Assembly: GCA_964508125.1 (NCBI GenBank)
Contig: CAZDTC010000002.1
Coordinates: 1-43,170 of the forward strand
Reading direction: 5' to 3'
Length of the DNA: 43,170 bases
DNA from: an uncultured Candidatus Kuenenia sp.
Lineage (GTDB): Bacteria > Planctomycetota > Planctomycetia > Pirellulales > UBA1268
A model generated the notes under the pieces. The model saw only the letters and a program-made list of their open reading frames with translations, did not search any database and was not told the origin of the DNA. The translations under genes and the position numbers were made by a program. Of the stretch, positions 1 through 7,523 are shown piece by piece. Position 1 is the stretch's first letter. The number at the start of each line of letters is the position of its first letter.

Positions 1-100
1 TGAGCTTGTCGAGATTCACGACGGGCTCGTCACAGGCCGCGAGCCAGTCGAGCACGAAGTTGCTGCCGATGAATCCGGCTCCGCCGGTGACGAGGATCAT
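1..100 (-). CDS. rmlB: dTDP-glucose 4,6-dehydratase-like SDR, N-terminal 33 codons only (gene continues off the left edge)
   Basis: The reverse complement of 1-100 starts with ATG (98-100) and reads MILVTGGAGFIGSNFVLDWLAACDEPVVNLDKL. The Rossmann motif GGAGFIGS followed by VVNLDKL is the typical N-terminus of RmlB/RfbB dehydratases. The gene is absent from the ORF track because it is truncated. Confidence 0.6.
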   Translation of the reverse strand, partial: MILVTGGAGFIGSNFVLDWLAACDEPVVNLDKL

Positions 101-130
101 GCCCAAAAGTATGCCCCGCCGGCCCCAAGT

Positions 131-284
131 AGCACAGGCTTCAGCCTGTCACGCCCCCATGTGGGGCAAGCGTCCCGCTTGCCAGGTAGGGCAAGCATCC
201 CGCTTGCCATGCCCCGTGGGGCAAGCGTCCCGCTTGCCAAGAGTTCAGGCTAAATTTTGGCAACCGAGACGGTTGCCCCACGTG
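131..284 (+). repeat. Mosaic palindromic repeat site (REP/BIME-like): modules C-A-A-A-B
   Basis: C 131-161 is ACAGGCT tc AGCCTGT followed by CACGCCCCCATG. A copies lie at 162-184, 189-209 and 217-239 (TGGGGCAAGCG tcc CGCTTGCCA). B 258-284 is TTTTGGCAACCG aga CGGTTGCCCCACGTG. The same modules recur at 7 other sites in the window. Confidence 0.9.
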
Positions 285-318
285 ACGGGCCGGCCCGCCG
301 GCCCGGTATGCTGGATGC

Positions 319-783
319 ATGAACGCCACGCCCCTTCTCGCTCGCATCCTGGCCGCTCTCCACGAGCATCGGCTCGAGGCCGTGCTCATCGGCAACGCAG
401 CCGCAGCCATGCACGGCGCCCCCGTCACGACGCTCGATTTCGACTTCATGTTCCGCGACTCACCCACCAACTTGCGAAAGCTCAAGGCGGTGGCCGCCGA
501 TCTGCACGCCATGATCCTCCGTCCGTATTACCCGGTGTCGCGGCTCTACCGCGTCGTCGATGACGACACCGGCCTGCAGGTCGATTTCATGCCACAGATT
601 CATGGTGTTCGATCCTTCGAGGGCCTCCGCTCTCGGTCAGCCGTGCAAGACGTCGATGGGCTGCCTCTGCGCGTGGCGTCGCTCGACGATATCATTGCCA
701 GCAAGAAGGCCGCGGGGCGCGATCGCGACAAGGCCGTGCTTCCGATCCTGGAAAAAACCCTGAAGTCCATTCGAGGGCGTTAG
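319..783 (+). CDS. Nucleotidyltransferase-fold protein (minimal NTase-like, family not resolved)
   Basis: 154-aa ORF. LIGNAAAAMHGAPVTTLDFDFMF fits the pol-beta NTase pattern (G-x-x...D-x-D). The C-terminal LDDIIASKKAAGRDRDKAVLPILE is typical of small stand-alone NTase-fold proteins found in TA-like pairs. Confidence 0.7.
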   Translation: MNATPLLARILAALHEHRLEAVLIGNAAAAMHGAPVTTLDFDFMFRDSPTNLRKLKAVAADLHAMILRPYYPVSRLYRVVDDDTGLQVDFMPQIHGVRSFEGLRSRSAVQDVDGLPLRVASLDDIIASKKAAGRDRDKAVLPILEKTLKSIRGR

Positions 784-785
784 CA

Positions 786-968
786 GTGGCTCGGAAAGGC
801 AATCATTCAGCCGCCGTCAGTCGCCAGCGAGCAAAGGCCCTCGCTGCGCTCAAGGCCGAGAGCGAGCGGCACCTCGAGGAGTTGATCCGCCGCCGGCTCG
901 CGCTGCCGCTGGAAAAGCGGATGAACTTCCTCCGCCGTCGGCTCCCAGGCGGCGGCAGCGCCTTGTAG
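786..968 (+). CDS. Small helical partner protein (60 aa), hypothetical
   Basis: The GTG start lies 2 nt after the stop of 319..783. The protein is charged and helical (AESERHLEELIRRRLALPLEKRMNFLRRR). Its TAG stop (966-968) lies inside repeat module C. Confidence 0.5.
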   Translation: MARKGNHSAAVSRQRAKALAALKAESERHLEELIRRRLALPLEKRMNFLRRRLPGGGSAL

Positions 969-1047
969 GACAGGCTTCAGCCTGTCACGCCCCCATGTGG
1001 GGCGAGCGTCCCGCTTGCCAGGTGGCAACCGAGACGGTTGCCCTACG
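965..1047 (+). repeat. Mosaic palindromic repeat site: modules C-A-B
   Basis: C 965-997 (TGTAGGACAGGCTTCAGCCTGTCACGCCCCCATG), A 998-1020, B 1023-1047. Confidence 0.9.
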
Positions 1048-1066
1048 CGGCGACTACAATCCTACT

Positions 1067-1405
1067 ATGCCCCTCTCCCGCCCTGCCCCCGCGCCGCGCA
1101 CGCCCTTCGAAGAGCGTTATCTCGCCCTCGCCAAGCGGATCTGCCTCACCGCGATCCCCGACCCGCGCTACGAGATTTTCCTTTTCGGCTCACGGGCTCG
1201 CGGCCATTGCGACCATTCGAGCGACGTCGACATCGGCATCGCCGGCCCGGAGCCCCTGCCTGGCGGCGTATCGCGGCTCATGGACGAGCTGCTCGAGTCC
1301 GACGTGCCCTGGCGGTGCCAGGTGGTCGACTTCGCGCTTGTCAACGATGAAAACTTTCGCCGACATGCCTACCAAGGACGCGAGATATGGCGAGCGGCGA
1401 ATTAG
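1067..1405 (+). CDS. MNT-type minimal nucleotidyltransferase (antitoxin of a HEPN/MNT pair)
   Basis: I moved the start to the ATG at 1067, because the track ORF 995.. begins inside the repeat. The motif FGSRARGHCDHSSDVDIGI matches G-S-x9-11-D-x-D of NTP_transf_2. The gene overlaps the downstream HEPN gene by 19 nt. Confidence 0.85.
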   Translation: MPLSRPAPAPRTPFEERYLALAKRICLTAIPDPRYEIFLFGSRARGHCDHSSDVDIGIAGPEPLPGGVSRLMDELLESDVPWRCQVVDFALVNDENFRRHAYQGREIWRAAN

Positions 1406-1803
1406 GCCACGACAACCTCCAGCGGGCGTTGCAAGGCTTCGTCGACCTGCTGGAATACGACAGTGACGACTTCCCCGCCATCGCCCGCGACGGGCTCGAC
1501 AATGGCCGCATCCAGAAGTTTGAGTATTCGGTCGAACTATTCTGGAAATATCTCCGTTCATGCCTGATGGCGGAGGGGCTCGACGTGCCCAACAGCCCGC
1601 GTGGGGCCATCAAGGCGGGCCTCGATCGGGGCTTCGTTCTGGAGACTGAATATCAGCCCGCCCTCGACCTCATCGCCGACCGCAACACCTGCAGCCACAT
1701 CTACAAGCAGTCGCTGATTCCGGGCGTGCTGGCCCGGCTGCCGGCTCACGCCCGCCTGATGCAGGCGATCACCGCTCGCCTACCCGCCGCCCCGCCATCG
1801 TAG
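1387..1803 (+). CDS. HEPN-domain protein, HI0074-type nucleotidyltransferase substrate-binding family (toxin of the HEPN/MNT pair)
   Basis: KFEYSVELFWKYLRSCL is the HI0074-family N-terminal helix pattern. ADRNTCSHIY carries the HEPN R-x4-H motif (R-NTCS-H). Confidence 0.85.
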   Translation: MASGELGHDNLQRALQGFVDLLEYDSDDFPAIARDGLDNGRIQKFEYSVELFWKYLRSCLMAEGLDVPNSPRGAIKAGLDRGFVLETEYQPALDLIADRNTCSHIYKQSLIPGVLARLPAHARLMQAITARLPAAPPS

Positions 1804-1804
1804 C

Positions 1805-1943
1805 GTAGGACAGGCTTCAGCCTGTCACGCCCCCATGTGGGGCAAGCGTTCCGCTTGCCATGCCCCGTGGGGCAAGCGTCTCGCTTGCCAGGTAGGGCGA
1901 GCGTCCCGCTTGCCAGGTGGCAACCGAGACGGTTGCCCCACGG
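1805..1943 (+). repeat. Mosaic palindromic repeat site: modules C-A-A-A-B
   Basis: C 1805-1837; A copies at 1838-1860, 1868-1890 and 1895-1915; B 1917-1943. Confidence 0.9.
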
Positions 1944-1952
1944 TGTGCCGCA

Positions 1953-4028
1953 TCAGCCGCGGCGGCGCATCGCAGCCGCCGCAACTCCAGCCCCCAGGAG
2001 CGCGAGCAACGCCGCCTCGGGCTCGGGCACGATCGTGAGCTGCATCACGCGGCCGTTCGTCACGGTGCCGCCCGCGAAGTTTGCGCTTGGCACGGTCACC
2101 GTCGACACGGTCACGCTCTCGAACGCCGGCCAGAAGGCGGTGTTGAGCAGGTAGTAGCCCTGACCGTTGTACGTTGCTGCCGTGCCCGCACCGTTGCCGA
2201 GCACGTAGTACGTGAACGCGGCGTTTTGGATGCTCGAGAGAAAGTCGGCTGAAGCGTCGGTAAAGAATCCGCCTTGAAACACGTCGTCCTTCGCCACCGA
2301 CGTCACGCCCAGATACACGCTCACCGCGTTGCTCGCGGTCAGGGCGTTCGTGATCGGCGTTCCGGCGGTGAGCCGCAAGACGTCGTTTCCGCTCGCCGTG
2401 CCCGTGGCCCAGATAGGCGCCCCCGTCTTCCCAAACTCGAAGCCGAAGTCGAGCCCGCCGGAAGGATCCACGCTCGTGGCCGTGAGAATGCCGGGGCTGT
2501 TGCCCGGGCCCACCATGCCAGCCCCCGAGATCGCGCTCACGCGGCCCGTGCCGCCGAGCGCCGCCCCCGCATCAAGGATCACGCCGCTCGACGCCGCAAT
2601 GTTTCCATCCACCACGAGCGTGCCTGCATGAGCCCACGTGCCGCCCGTGTAGCTGCTCGAGCCCGTGATCTCGAGCCTGTGGCCCGAGAGCGCGAGGCCG
2701 CCCGTGCCCGACACGGCGCCCGTGATCCGCGCCGTACCGCTGCCGGCGATCTCGAGCAGCTTTCCATTCGTGTTGATCGCCGCCGCGGTCACGCCGCCGG
2801 TGCCCACGTCCCAATATTGATGGTCGCCGAGCGTGAGGCTCGCTGAAAACGTCTGCCGCAGCGGCGAGTAGTTGGTGAGCCCGCCGCGGCCGATCGTGAG
2901 GGCATTGGCCCCCGAAAATGTGAAGCCCTGCGTCGCACCCGTGCCCGACGTGAAATAGAGGCCCCGCAGAGTCGTTGCGCCATTCATATTCACGCTCGTG
3001 GGCACCGAGCCGCTGGCATCGAATTTCACATACTGATCCGTTCTCGCCCCGCCCGACCAGTTGGCCGAGAGCGAAATCGACGAGTTCGATGCCCCCGTCC
3101 ACGTTGCGTTCACGTTGCCCTGCGTGCGAAGCGCATAGCCATCGGGCGTGATCACGCCGTTCACGGCGTTCATCGCCCCGGGGACGGCGAGGAAGCTCAT
3201 CACGTTGGAGGACCCGCTCACGGCGCTGTTGAGCCCGATCACGGTCAGTTCCTTGCTCCCGCCTGGATTCGTCCAGCCCACGAGAAGCGGGCTTCCCGAG
3301 TCGCCTTCCACGAGTTGCACGCTCGGAGTGCCGCTCCGGGCCGTCAGCACGATGGTCGAAGTGGGATCGAGCGTCGCGGTTCCGGCCGCGTCGATCACCG
3401 CCGTGGCAGCTCGCGGGCTGTCATTCGTCACGCTTCCCCTGCCATAGGCGAGGGTGGTCAGGCTGGTGTAGTTGGCAAAACTCGGCGAGACCGACGAACT
3501 GTTCAGATCGAGCACCGCATACCGCGCCATGTTGGCCGGGGCCGCAATCTGCGCGGCAAGCGTCCCGAGGGCGAGGTCAGGAGCGGTGACGCCGACGTTC
3601 GTGAGCACGATCCCATAGCCCAAGTTGTCGATTCCGGTGTTCGTCCCGGTGGCCAGCTGCCCATCGCGCCCGAGAATGCGCACGCCCTGAGTGAGAAGAC
3701 CGCCGTTTTCATAATGCTGCGCGGTAAGGAAATGCCGGGGGCTCAAGAGGGCAAACCCCTTGTAGCTCGACGCCGCATAGATCGTGGTGCTCCAGCCGAT
3801 GCCCGACCAGTCGTACCCCGCCCCCACAAAGCTCCCGCTCGTGTTTGGCACGGGGCTCGTGGGAAAGCCGCTGGTAAACCGGTCGTTGACCGTGGCGGAG
3901 TAGCCAGTCACGTCGAGGGCCATCGCCGACCGGGCCCAGACCGCGAAAAACGCAACGCCCCACACGGCAATGCGGCGGGCAACGCTCGGGCTGACCAACG
4001 GAAGGCGTCTCGACACAGCGTTCTCCAA
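1953..4028 (-). CDS. Secreted trypsin-like (S1) serine peptidase with autotransporter-associated beta-strand repeats and a PEP-CTERM sorting signal
   Basis: Signal peptide: RRIAVWGVAFFAVWARSAMA. S1 catalytic triad motifs: LTAQHY (H105), DLALGTL (D151) and GDSGSPLL (S244, nt 3297-3299). The middle of the protein carries repeated G-T-G-x-L-x-L-x-G / GGTxxxxGTLVV-type beta-strand repeats. The C-terminus is VPEPEAALLALLGAGVAAAAMRRRG. The start is non-ATG: TTG at 4026-4028, with an alternative GTG at 4014-4016. Confidence 0.9.
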   Translation of the reverse strand: MENAVSRRLPLVSPSVARRIAVWGVAFFAVWARSAMALDVTGYSATVNDRFTSGFPTSPVPNTSGSFVGAGYDWSGIGWSTTIYAASSYKGFALLSPRHFLTAQHYENGGLLTQGVRILGRDGQLATGTNTGIDNLGYGIVLTNVGVTAPDLALGTLAAQIAAPANMARYAVLDLNSSSVSPSFANYTSLTTLAYGRGSVTNDSPRAATAVIDAAGTATLDPTSTIVLTARSGTPSVQLVEGDSGSPLLVGWTNPGGSKELTVIGLNSAVSGSSNVMSFLAVPGAMNAVNGVITPDGYALRTQGNVNATWTGASNSSISLSANWSGGARTDQYVKFDASGSVPTSVNMNGATTLRGLYFTSGTGATQGFTFSGANALTIGRGGLTNYSPLRQTFSASLTLGDHQYWDVGTGGVTAAAINTNGKLLEIAGSGTARITGAVSGTGGLALSGHRLEITGSSSYTGGTWAHAGTLVVDGNIAASSGVILDAGAALGGTGRVSAISGAGMVGPGNSPGILTATSVDPSGGLDFGFEFGKTGAPIWATGTASGNDVLRLTAGTPITNALTASNAVSVYLGVTSVAKDDVFQGGFFTDASADFLSSIQNAAFTYYVLGNGAGTAATYNGQGYYLLNTAFWPAFESVTVSTVTVPSANFAGGTVTNGRVMQLTIVPEPEAALLALLGAGVAAAAMRRRG

Positions 4029-4280
4029 AACGAAGAGAGGAATGCCCCGGCATCAAAGAATACGCCCTAAAACTGCCCCGGTTCAACCAATTTTCTCAGC
4101 AACCATACCGGGCGTCCTGCTTTCTCGCCCCTCCGCTCGCTCCCCTTTTGCTGCATAACCGGCACCACCGCACCCGCGCCCCCTCCTTTGAGGAAGTCAC
4201 CTCCGGCCGCAATGATCGCGCGCCTTTGGGGAAACCGCATTCACACAATTCGCGCGGTACACTTCGTTTGTTCGCGAAAA

Positions 4281-5045
4281 ATGGGAAAATCGGTCGTCAC
4301 CCAGGGGAACGGAGTGCGCGCTGGCGGGTCGGTTGCTCGCGCACCAGTCCGCCCAGGAACCTTGCCGCCCGATGTGTGCAGGATCCTGATCGTGGGCGCC
4401 GGCGGATTTGGCCGCGAGGTGCTGCAATGGGCCCGCGATGCATGGCCTGAGGCGTGTGATCGGATCGCCGGATTTCTGTCGGCCGATGCATATGTGCTCG
4501 ACGGCTGCGACTGTGGCATTCACATCGTCGGATCCCCAGACACCCATCGCCCTGTGGTCGGCGATGCCCATCTATTGGCAATCGGCGTGCCGTACGCCCG
4601 GCGGCGCGTGGCTGAATCGTTGATTGCCCGAGGCGCGGAGTTTCTCACGCTCGTCCATCCAACGGCAGTCTTGGCATCGTCCGCCCAGATCGGACAGGGC
4701 TCAATCATCTGCCCATATTCGATCGTCAGCGATTCCGCCCGTGTGGGCCGGTTCGTGGCGATGAACTACCACACGTCGCTCGGTCACGATGCCTCGGCCG
4801 GCGACTTCGCCGTGCTGTCGCCGTATGCCACGCTCGGCGGCAATGCTCATATCGAGCAAGACGTGTTTCTCGGGCTCCATGCATCCGTCGGCCCGGGCAA
4901 GACGGTCGGCGCTCGCAGCAAGGTGAGCGCGAATTCGTGCGTGCTTACTTCAGCACCGAGTGACTCTATCGTGTTTGGAGTTCCCGGAAGGATTGGAATG
5001 CGTGTGGCTGTCGATCAGGATCGACAACGGGCGAAGCAGCCATGA
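4281..5045 (+). CDS. NeuD/PglD-family sugar O/N-acetyltransferase (left-handed beta-helix)
   Basis: ILIVGAGGFGREV forms an N-terminal Rossmann-like domain, followed by hexapeptide repeats (IGQGSIICPYSIVSDSARVGRFVAMN...). The start is uncertain: ATG 4281 or GTG 4374. Confidence 0.85.
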   Translation: MGKSVVTQGNGVRAGGSVARAPVRPGTLPPDVCRILIVGAGGFGREVLQWARDAWPEACDRIAGFLSADAYVLDGCDCGIHIVGSPDTHRPVVGDAHLLAIGVPYARRRVAESLIARGAEFLTLVHPTAVLASSAQIGQGSIICPYSIVSDSARVGRFVAMNYHTSLGHDASAGDFAVLSPYATLGGNAHIEQDVFLGLHASVGPGKTVGARSKVSANSCVLTSAPSDSIVFGVPGRIGMRVAVDQDRQRAKQP

Positions 5046-6526
5046 TCTCGCGAACGATGATGGCCGGGCGATTACTTGGAGGCGTCATACTTCTTTCCTT
5101 GCCTGCGCATTCGCAATCGCCCCTCGACGCGCTTCCGTCGGCGCAGCCAGGCCTGGAAACAACATCGCAGCACCTGCCGGCATCGCTTTCCGGCCGCTCG
5201 CGATCGCCGGCTCCCGTACCGGACGCGACCCGCGCCTCTCTCGAGCAGGTTCGGGAAATCTACGCCGGCGAGTATGCAGCGGCGACGACGCCAGCGAAGA
5301 AGGCTGACTTGGCGAAGCGGCTGATGGCGAACATTTCCGATACCACGAACGCAGCGGATCGGTGGACACTCCTGTCGGAATCGCTACGGCTCGCTACGGA
5401 AAGCGGCGACGCAGCCACGGCGCTGCCCATCATCGAACGCATTCCGCGCGAGTTCGCCGTCGAGCGTCACTCCTCGCGTCTCGAAGCGCTGACCCGCCTC
5501 TCGCAGAAGGCGGCCGTCGCTGACCTTGGCGACGTTGTAAAGGCTGTGCTCAGTCTGGCCGGCGAAGCGAGCGCCGCGGATGACCAAGCGGTCTGTTCAA
5601 AAGCGACCACGCTGGCGGTAGCGCTTGCCCGAAAGGCAAAAAATCAGGCCCTGCTCTTGGAGGCGACGCGCCAGCAGCAAAACATGCGCGAGCATCAGAA
5701 ACTTGCCAAGGAATTGACTCAACTCGTGGAAAAGGCGCGCGACAACCCGTCCGACGGTGAGGCATGCGAGGCCGCCGGCGTGGCGTTGTGCCTGAAGGCC
5801 GACCGCTGGGGGGAAGGGCTGCCGTTTCTGGCGAAGGGGGCTGATACCGCCCTTGCCGCCCTGGCCAAGGCGGAGTTGTCGAAGCCCGCAAATCCGTCAG
5901 AAGTAGTGCGGCTCGCGGATGGGTGGTGGGAGTGGTCGGCCGCGCAGAAGGCCGCGATCAAGGAGGGGGCCATTCGCCGCGCCGCCCGGTTCTACGAGTC
6001 GGTGCTGCCTGATCTCGCGGGCCTCGAAAAGGTAAAGGTTGAAAAGCGGCTTCACGAAGCCACTCTCGGCGTTCAGGGGTCTGAAAAGCCTGTCTTCCTT
6101 GCCGACATCAAGGAGGCGGGCGTCAAAGGGGCAAAGTACGGATTTTCGAAAGACGGCACCTATATGGGCAAGCCGTTCAAGTGCATGCAGGAAACGTGGC
6201 CAAAGGCGATCGCAGCCATCCCCGAGGGCAACGCGCCGGCCGTCGTCGAGTATCACCTCCCCGCTCCCGCCTCACGGATTCAGGGTCGCGTGGGAGTCTT
6301 CTCCCCCTCCGATGCGAAGCCCGATCAACAGCCGGGGAGCCCGCTGGTGTTCGAAGTGGTCGCCGACGGCAAGGTGGTCTGGCGATCCCAACCTATGGAC
6401 AAGCGTGATACGTCGCAGGCCTTCAGGGCGGATCTCCGTGGGGCATCGTCGATTGAGCTGCGGACGAACACGGAATCGGGCTACGCAGCGTGGGGGGTTT
6501 GGCTCGACCCGCAGGTGGTGCGCTGA
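5042..6526 (+). CDS. Secreted protein, helical N-terminal region plus C-terminal NPCBM-like carbohydrate-binding domain
   Basis: Signal peptide: GGVILLSLPAHSQS. The last ~150 aa (FLADIKEAG...GFSKDGTYMGKPF...VVEYHL...RIQGRVGV...LVFEVVADGKVVWRS...IELRTN...AAWGVWLDPQVV) follow the NPCBM/NEW2 pattern. ATGA overlap with the upstream gene. Confidence 0.75.
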   Translation: MISRTMMAGRLLGGVILLSLPAHSQSPLDALPSAQPGLETTSQHLPASLSGRSRSPAPVPDATRASLEQVREIYAGEYAAATTPAKKADLAKRLMANISDTTNAADRWTLLSESLRLATESGDAATALPIIERIPREFAVERHSSRLEALTRLSQKAAVADLGDVVKAVLSLAGEASAADDQAVCSKATTLAVALARKAKNQALLLEATRQQQNMREHQKLAKELTQLVEKARDNPSDGEACEAAGVALCLKADRWGEGLPFLAKGADTALAALAKAELSKPANPSEVVRLADGWWEWSAAQKAAIKEGAIRRAARFYESVLPDLAGLEKVKVEKRLHEATLGVQGSEKPVFLADIKEAGVKGAKYGFSKDGTYMGKPFKCMQETWPKAIAAIPEGNAPAVVEYHLPAPASRIQGRVGVFSPSDAKPDQQPGSPLVFEVVADGKVVWRSQPMDKRDTSQAFRADLRGASSIELRTNTESGYAAWGVWLDPQVVR

Positions 6527-6548
6527 TCGTTCCCGAGTATTTCCATCT

Positions 6549-7523
6549 GTGACATCCACCCATCAGCCCATCTCGGCAAAGGCGACGCACGGCGCTCCCG
6601 TTTCTCCCCTCTGCGCCTCGGAAGCCGTGGTCGTTGAAAAGGAATTTTCCAGGGCGGAGATCGTGCACAAGTATTCCCACTACCTGGGCATCGACATATC
6701 CGCCGATTTGGCGGATTGCGATCGCGTCTTACTGTGCCGTGGGCGAGAGTCGAACCTCCGGTTTTTCTGGCCGCCGACCCTGGCGGGTCAAAGCAGCTTT
6801 TACGAGAAGCTGATGGCGAAGCCGCAGTATTACACGGCGGAGAAATGGGAACACACGATCGCTCTGCAGTCGCTCCCACCAGGGCAGCGCGTTCTGGAGA
6901 TCGGATGCGGCGACGGCCTCTTCCTGTCAATGCTGAAGCAGGCGGGCCACAGTGCGACGGGGCTCGAGATCAACGGCGAAGCCATTCGGGCCGGCACCGC
7001 TGCCGGACTCGATATCCGGCACGCGACTGTCGAGCAGTTTGCTGCGGCATGTTCGAAGCCTTTTGACGTCGTCTGTGGATTCCAGGTTCTGGAGCATGTC
7101 ACAGACCCTCGCTCGTTCATAGATTCCGCTTTGCGCTGCCTCCGCGACGACGGGCTTGCTATTTTCGCAGTTCCGAACGGGGAAGGGGTTTTTTCGTCAC
7201 TCGACGTGGCTCTCGACATGCCGCCGCATCACATGCTGCGGTGGAACACCGCGGCGTTTCAATACCTCACCAAACTCTTCCCGCTTGTGCTTGACGACAT
7301 CCGCTTCGAGCCGATATCTCGGCTTCACCTGGGGATGCTCGCCACCGCGTGCTTCAACCACCTTTCCTTGCCGCAACGCGGCCTCCACGCCTTTCGCAGG
7401 AAACTAGTCGGCACGGCGGCCTCCAAATATTGGGGCCGATACTTTGGCGAACTAAACGTCGCTGGTCATACACTTTATGTGGTGTTTCGGAAGCGCCCCT
7501 CGAGGACTTATTCTTCACCATGA
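6549..7523 (+). CDS. Class I SAM-dependent methyltransferase
   Basis: Motif I is VLEIGCGDGLF, followed by FDVVCGFQVLEHVTDP and DGLAIFAVPN. The start is uncertain (GTG 6549 or GTG 6627). The track ORF 6039.. is an artefactual 5' extension. Confidence 0.85.
   Translation: MTSTHQPISAKATHGAPVSPLCASEAVVVEKEFSRAEIVHKYSHYLGIDISADLADCDRVLLCRGRESNLRFFWPPTLAGQSSFYEKLMAKPQYYTAEKWEHTIALQSLPPGQRVLEIGCGDGLFLSMLKQAGHSATGLEINGEAIRAGTAAGLDIRHATVEQFAAACSKPFDVVCGFQVLEHVTDPRSFIDSALRCLRDDGLAIFAVPNGEGVFSSLDVALDMPPHHMLRWNTAAFQYLTKLFPLVLDDIRFEPISRLHLGMLATACFNHLSLPQRGLHAFRRKLVGTAASKYWGRYFGELNVAGHTLYVVFRKRPSRTYSSP

Noticed and set aside
162-239. CRISPR-like array (three 21-23 nt direct repeats at 162-239 and again at 1838-1915)
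   Set aside because: The repeats are separated by only 4-8 nt rather than unique spacers of about 30 nt. They are shorter than CRISPR repeats, no cas genes are present, and identical units occur singly at other sites.
6-563. Track ORFs 6..563 (+) and 141..512 (-), and similarly 1835..2252 (+), 995..1066 and 36203..36356, which encode Arg/Pro/Gln-rich peptides with reiterated GQASRLP or WGKRPACQ strings
   Set aside because: The reiterated peptide strings are translations of the tandem hairpin modules (TGGGGCAAGCGTCCCGCTTGCCA and related). The ORFs run through intergenic repeat sites and overlap better-supported genes, so they are repeat artefacts.
131-1943. Integron gene-cassette array, with the palindromic sites read as attC recombination sites flanking promoterless TA cassettes
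   Set aside because: Four points argue against this. No intI integrase is present. The hairpins lack the RYYYAAC / GTTRRRY core sites: GGCAACC / GGTTGCC has pyrimidines where purines are required. The same modules occur in both orientations. They also sit between core glycan genes on the right side. A REP/BIME-like family explains the data better.
6039-6548. 5' extensions of track ORFs into the preceding gene (6039.., 7349.., 8880.., 9950.., 13577.., 14905.., 16970.., 22192.., 24784.., 25920.., 37606.., 39058..)
   Set aside because: The extended parts overlap the 3' portion of the upstream gene in another frame and translate to Arg/Pro-rich nonsense. In each case an internal ATG or GTG at or near the upstream stop (often an ATGA overlap) gives a protein with a sensible N-terminus.
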